Positions 59,055-64,000 of a stretch of 64,000 nt of DNA are shown one piece after another (positions within the stretch are counted from its first letter, which is position 1; the number at the start of each line of letters is the position of its first letter). The notes under the pieces were generated by a model. The model had not been told where the DNA came from and ran no database searches. It saw only the letters and a program-made list of their open reading frames with translations. The DNA comes from Leptolyngbyaceae cyanobacterium (lineage in GTDB: Bacteria; Cyanobacteriota; Cyanobacteriia; Phormidesmidales; Phormidesmidaceae), in the NCBI GenBank assembly GCA_050331235.1, contig JBHJHA010000015.1:39599-103598 (forward strand). The letters run 5' to 3'. Position numbers and translations under genes: made by a program.

Positions 59055-60248
59055 ATGGTCGTTTACTTAGACAACAACGCCACCACCAAGATTGACGCCA
59101 AAGTCCTAGAGGCGATGCTGCCTTATTTAACTGAGTTTTACGGCAATCCCTCGTCAATGCACACCTTTGGCGGTCAGGTGGGCGAAGCTGTACAAACTGC
59201 CAGGGCACAGGTCGCCGCGCTGCTCGGCGCTGAAGATACCGAAATCATCTTCAACAGCTGCGGCAGTGAAGGCAACAACACCGCCATCCACGCGGCGCTC
59301 GCCGCCCAACCGGAAAAGCGCCACATCATCACCACCGCCGTTGAGCACCCCGCCATTCTCAATGTGTGCAAGCACCTGGAAAAGAAAGGCTACACCGTGA
59401 CCTACCTGTCTGTAGATGGGCGCGGCCAACTTGATCTCCTCGAGCTGGAAGCGGCCATTACCGGCGGCACGGCCCTAGTTACCACTATGTACGCCAACAA
59501 CGAAACAGGAGTGATTTTTCCAGTAGAAGCGGTGGGGGCGATCGCCAAAGAATACGGCGCGACCTTCCACGTGGACGCCGTGCAGGCAGTGGGCAAGGTA
59601 CCCATCGACCTCAGCACCAGCACCATCGACCTGCTAACCCTGTCCGGCCACAAACTCCACGCCCCTAAAGGCGTCGGTGCTCTCTACGTCCGCAAAGGCT
59701 TCCGCTTCCGACCCTTCTTGCTGGGCGGTCACCAAGAGCGGGGACGCCGGGCCGGGACTCAGAACGTGGCTGGCATTGTCGCCTTGGGCAGAGCCGCAGA
59801 ATTGGCGCAGCAAGATTTACAGAACGCTCCCCAGGAAGCTTGGCTGCGGGATTGCTTGGAGCGCCAACTGCTGGAACTGATTCCCCACTGTCAGGTGAAT
59901 GGTGGCGGCTCACCGCGCCTGCCCAACACGACTAACATCGGCTTCAAGTACATCGAAGGGGAAGCCATTTTGTTCATGCTCAACCGCGAAGGTATCTGCG
60001 CCTCCTCGGGGTCCGCCTGCACCTCGGGTTCCCTTGACCCCTCCCATGTGCTGACGGCGATGGGGTTGCCCTACACCATCCTCCACGGCTCCATTCGTTT
60101 TAGCTTGTCGCGCTTCACCACCGAAGCGGAAATTCAGCATGTACTGGCCGTCATGCCCGGCATCATCGAAAAACTCCGGGCTATGTCGCCCTTCAACAAC
60201 GATCAGGCGGACTGGCTGCAGGAACGCACCGTCGCTGTCATTGCGTAA
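59055..60248 (+). CDS. nifS: Cysteine desulfurase
   Basis: YLDNNATT, GNPSS, SGHKLHAPKG, SSGSACTS. Confidence 0.96.
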   Translation: MVVYLDNNATTKIDAKVLEAMLPYLTEFYGNPSSMHTFGGQVGEAVQTARAQVAALLGAEDTEIIFNSCGSEGNNTAIHAALAAQPEKRHIITTAVEHPAILNVCKHLEKKGYTVTYLSVDGRGQLDLLELEAAITGGTALVTTMYANNETGVIFPVEAVGAIAKEYGATFHVDAVQAVGKVPIDLSTSTIDLLTLSGHKLHAPKGVGALYVRKGFRFRPFLLGGHQERGRRAGTQNVAGIVALGRAAELAQQDLQNAPQEAWLRDCLERQLLELIPHCQVNGGGSPRLPNTTNIGFKYIEGEAILFMLNREGICASSGSACTSGSLDPSHVLTAMGLPYTILHGSIRFSLSRFTTEAEIQHVLAVMPGIIEKLRAMSPFNNDQADWLQERTVAVIA

Positions 60249-60316
60249 GGCACAGAAAAAGCTCTCTGCCCGCTCCCTTCTCGCTCCCTCTGTCCACTTC
60301 ACCCCCCAAAACCGCC

Positions 60317-61219
60317 ATGTGGGACTATTCCGAAAAAGTGCTCGACCTGTTCTATAACCCCATTAACCAAGGGGCGATCGCCGATCCGAATCAGCCCGAT
60401 GTGGCGGTGGTCTTTGGCGAAGTGGGCAGTATCGCCTGCGGCGACGCCCTGAGACTGCACCTGAAGATTCAGGTTTCCGCTGATGAGATTCTCGACGCTA
60501 GCTTCCAAACCTTTGGCTGCACCAGCGCGATCGCGTCTTCCTCTGCCCTGACGGAAATCATCAAAGGCAAAACGCTAGACCAAGCGCTGAACCTCTCGAA
60601 CCAGGACATTGCGGACTACCTCGGCGGCCTGCCGGAAGCCAAGATGCACTGCTCCGTCATGGGCCAAGAAGCGCTGGAAGCCGCCATCTACAAATATCGC
60701 GGCATCGAAGTTGAGCAGCACGAAGACGACGAAGGCACGCTCATCTGCCAGTGCTACGGCATCACGGAACCGAAGATTCGCCGCGTCATCATCGAGAACG
60801 ACCTGACCGACGTTGAGCAAGTCACCAACTATGTCAAAGCCGGCGGCGGTTGCGGTTCCTGCCTGGCGGGTATCGAAGACATCCTGATCGAAGTGCAGCA
60901 GGAACGCGACGCGGTGCCCGGACGAGTCGCCGCTGAGATTGCCATTGCCCAAGCCGAAGAAGCCGCTCCGCCTAAACTCACCACGATTCAAAAAATCACC
61001 CTGATTCAGCGGGTGCTCGACACCGAGATTCGCCCGGTGCTGATGGCCGACGGCGGCGATGTCGAGCTGTTCGATATCGAGGGCGATCGCGTGCAGGTCA
61101 CCCTCAAGGGCGCTTGCGGCGGCTGCGCCAGCAGCACCGCTACGGTGAAAAACTCCATCGAAGCCAAGCTGCGCGAGCTCGTCCTACCCACGCTGACCGT
61201 CGAAGAAGTTTCCGCTTAG
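60317..61219 (+). CDS. nifU: Fe-S scaffold
   Basis: MWDYSEKV, ACGD, FGC, KMHCS, ICQCY..GGGCGSC, DGGD..GACGGC. Confidence 0.96.
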   Translation: MWDYSEKVLDLFYNPINQGAIADPNQPDVAVVFGEVGSIACGDALRLHLKIQVSADEILDASFQTFGCTSAIASSSALTEIIKGKTLDQALNLSNQDIADYLGGLPEAKMHCSVMGQEALEAAIYKYRGIEVEQHEDDEGTLICQCYGITEPKIRRVIIENDLTDVEQVTNYVKAGGGCGSCLAGIEDILIEVQQERDAVPGRVAAEIAIAQAEEAAPPKLTTIQKITLIQRVLDTEIRPVLMADGGDVELFDIEGDRVQVTLKGACGGCASSTATVKNSIEAKLRELVLPTLTVEEVSA

Positions 61220-61394
61220 TCCCTACCAGTTCCTCCAAATATCCCGCATTGCCCCTAAACGCTGTGGGGGAAAGGGGGCCCCTTACCCATGAACCCTGAA
61301 ACCTTTGACATTCACTTCGGGCGATCGCCACCAGCTTGACCCCGAATGTCCCAGCTTTCCAGAATTCATTCCTCAACCTGATTTCCGCTCCTGA

Positions 61395-62336
<942 letters not shown>

Positions 62337-62515
62337 CGTTTGACCCAGGACTGAGCGATCGCGGCACGAGTCCAACTCACTCGCCAGCAGGCCCTTGGGA
62401 CATCCCCCGCCTTCGATCAGTCCTCGCCCTCAAGTCCAGCAGACAGTACTGACCCGATTCCTTATCTCCTACTTCCTTTCCCATTCACTCCATCCACCCT
62501 AATTGAGAGGGCACC

Positions 62516-63964
62516 ATGAGTACCGTAGAAGACAGAAAGGCGCTAGTCCAGGAAGTCCTGGAAGCGTATCCCGCCAAAGCTAAAAAGAGCCGCTCGAAGC
62601 ACCTCAACGTCACCGAAGGAGGGGCCTCCGACTGCGGCGTCAAGTCCAACAAAAAATCCGTTCCTGGCGTGATGACCACCCGTGGCTGTGCCTATGCCGG
62701 GGCCAAAGGGGTGGTTTGGGGTCCGGTAAAGGACATGATCCACATCAGCCACGGTCCCGTGGGCTGCGGCTACTATTCCTGGTCCGGTCGCCGTAACTAC
62801 TACGTCGGCACCACCGGTGTCGATACCTTCGGCACCATGCAGTTCACCTCCGACTTCCAAGAGCGCGACATCGTCTTCGGCGGTGACAAAAAGCTGGACA
62901 AGTTGATCGACGAACTGGAAGTCCTCTTTCCCCTCAGCCAAGGCACCACCATTGAGTCTGAGTGCCCTGTCGGCCTCATCGGCGACGACATTGAAGCCGT
63001 AGCCAAGAAGAAGAACAAACAATACGGCAAGCCCGTTGTGCCCGTACGTTGTGAAGGCTTCCGGGGCGTCTCCCAGTCCCTAGGCCACCACATTGCCAAC
63101 GACACCGTGCGCGACTGGGTGCTGCCCAAGGCCGACGAGTATCGCAAGACGCCCGAAGGCTACGAGCCCGGTCCCTACGATGTCAACATCATCGGAGACT
63201 ACAACATCGGGGGGGATGCCTGGCCCAGCCGGCGCTTATTGGAAGCGATCGGTCTCCGGGTGATCAGCCAGTTCTCCGGCGACGGCACCTTTAATGAGGT
63301 GGTCATGACGCCGTTGGCGAAGCTGAATCTGATCCACTGCTATCGCTCCATGAACTACATCTGCCGCTTCATGGAAGAGAAGTATCAGATTCCCTGGATT
63401 GAGTACAACTTCTTTGGTCCTACCCAGATCGCCAAGTCCCTGCGCAAGATTGCGTCCCAGTTTGACGAGACCATCCAGGCCAAGGCTGAGGAAGTCATTG
63501 CGGAGCACGAAGCTCGCATGGCGACCATCCAGAACAAGTACCGCGATCGCCTCGAAGGCAAAGAAGTGATGATGATGGTCGGTGGTCTGCGGCCCCGCCA
63601 CGTGATCCCCGCTTTCGAAGATCTGGGCATGAAGGTCATCGGTACGGGCTATGAGTTCGGCCACGGCGACGATTACAAGCGGACGGCTGATTACGTCAGC
63701 GAAGGCACCGTCATCTACGACGACGTCAGCGGCTTTGAGTTTGAAGAACTCGCCAAACAAATGAAGCCCGACCTGATCGCAGCTGGCATTAAAGAGAAGT
63801 ATGTCTTCCAGAAAATGGCGCTGCCCTTCCGCCAGATGCACTCTTGGGATTACTCCGGCCCTTACCACGGCTACGAAGGCTTCGAGGTCTTTGCCCGCGA
63901 TATGGACATGGCCATCAACAATCCCACCTGGAGCCTAGTGCAGGCTCCCTGGCAAACCGCGTAG
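62516..63964 (+). CDS. nifD: Nitrogenase MoFe protein alpha chain, uninterrupted
   Basis: [44 protein letters not shown]. Confidence 0.98.
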   Translation: MSTVEDRKALVQEVLEAYPAKAKKSRSKHLNVTEGGASDCGVKSNKKSVPGVMTTRGCAYAGAKGVVWGPVKDMIHISHGPVGCGYYSWSGRRNYYVGTTGVDTFGTMQFTSDFQERDIVFGGDKKLDKLIDELEVLFPLSQGTTIESECPVGLIGDDIEAVAKKKNKQYGKPVVPVRCEGFRGVSQSLGHHIANDTVRDWVLPKADEYRKTPEGYEPGPYDVNIIGDYNIGGDAWPSRRLLEAIGLRVISQFSGDGTFNEVVMTPLAKLNLIHCYRSMNYICRFMEEKYQIPWIEYNFFGPTQIAKSLRKIASQFDETIQAKAEEVIAEHEARMATIQNKYRDRLEGKEVMMMVGGLRPRHVIPAFEDLGMKVIGTGYEFGHGDDYKRTADYVSEGTVIYDDVSGFEFEELAKQMKPDLIAAGIKEKYVFQKMALPFRQMHSWDYSGPYHGYEGFEVFARDMDMAINNPTWSLVQAPWQTA

Positions 63965-63971
63965 GCCATCT

Positions 63972-63999
63972 GTTGGGGCGCACAGCCGTGCGCCCCAAC
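63972..63999. repeat. REP-like hairpin after nifD
   Basis: GTTGGGGCGCAC-agcc-GTGCGCCCCAAC. Confidence 0.7.
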
Positions 64000-64000
64000 G

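Noticed and set aside
63236..63868. Long antisense ORFs opposite nifD, the sulfatase, SDR and MFS genes
   Set aside because: Expected by-product of codon bias on the coding strand; no recognisable motifs
62516..63964. Excision element in nifD or fdxN
   Set aside because: Both reading frames are continuous and no recombinase gene is present

Overview
Chromosomal segment of a filamentous, non-heterocystous, probably halotolerant diazotrophic cyanobacterium (Leptolyngbya/Nodosilinea/Halomicronema-like). This is inferred from abundant HIP1 GCGATCGC sites, cnfR/patB, an uninterrupted nifD and gghA. The left 10.5 kb is an accessory island: a Ppx/GppA-family phosphatase (partial, not in the ORF track), four DUF202 (YidH/Vtc1-like) membrane proteins (one fused to a bile acid:Na+ symporter and carrying an exact 8x Arg heptad repeat), a signal-peptide-bearing formylglycine-generating enzyme, an AraC regulator, an exported Cys-type sulfatase, a membrane/spermidine-synthase-like fusion and an IS630 scar. 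This is the best candidate for an undescribed system, possibly a Vtc1-like oxyanion/polyphosphate channel coupled to sulfate/phosphate ester metabolism. The middle holds housekeeping and stress genes: SDR, PlsY-PEP-utiliser fusion, TetR-GST with palindromic operators, a DnaA-box cluster by DUF2811, FutB, a GH13_18 phosphorylase, leuD, gghA, glgB, a CPA2-USP antiporter with a structured leader and an upstream orphan terminator, mrp and rodA. The right 19 kb is a nif cluster: a NafY-like operon, cnfR, nifT, nifV, dpsA, nifP, then nifB-fdxN-nifS-nifU-nifH-nifD. Four genes carry single lesions (two frameshifts, two in-frame TAGs) that may be sequence errors. All family calls come from motif recognition, not database searches.
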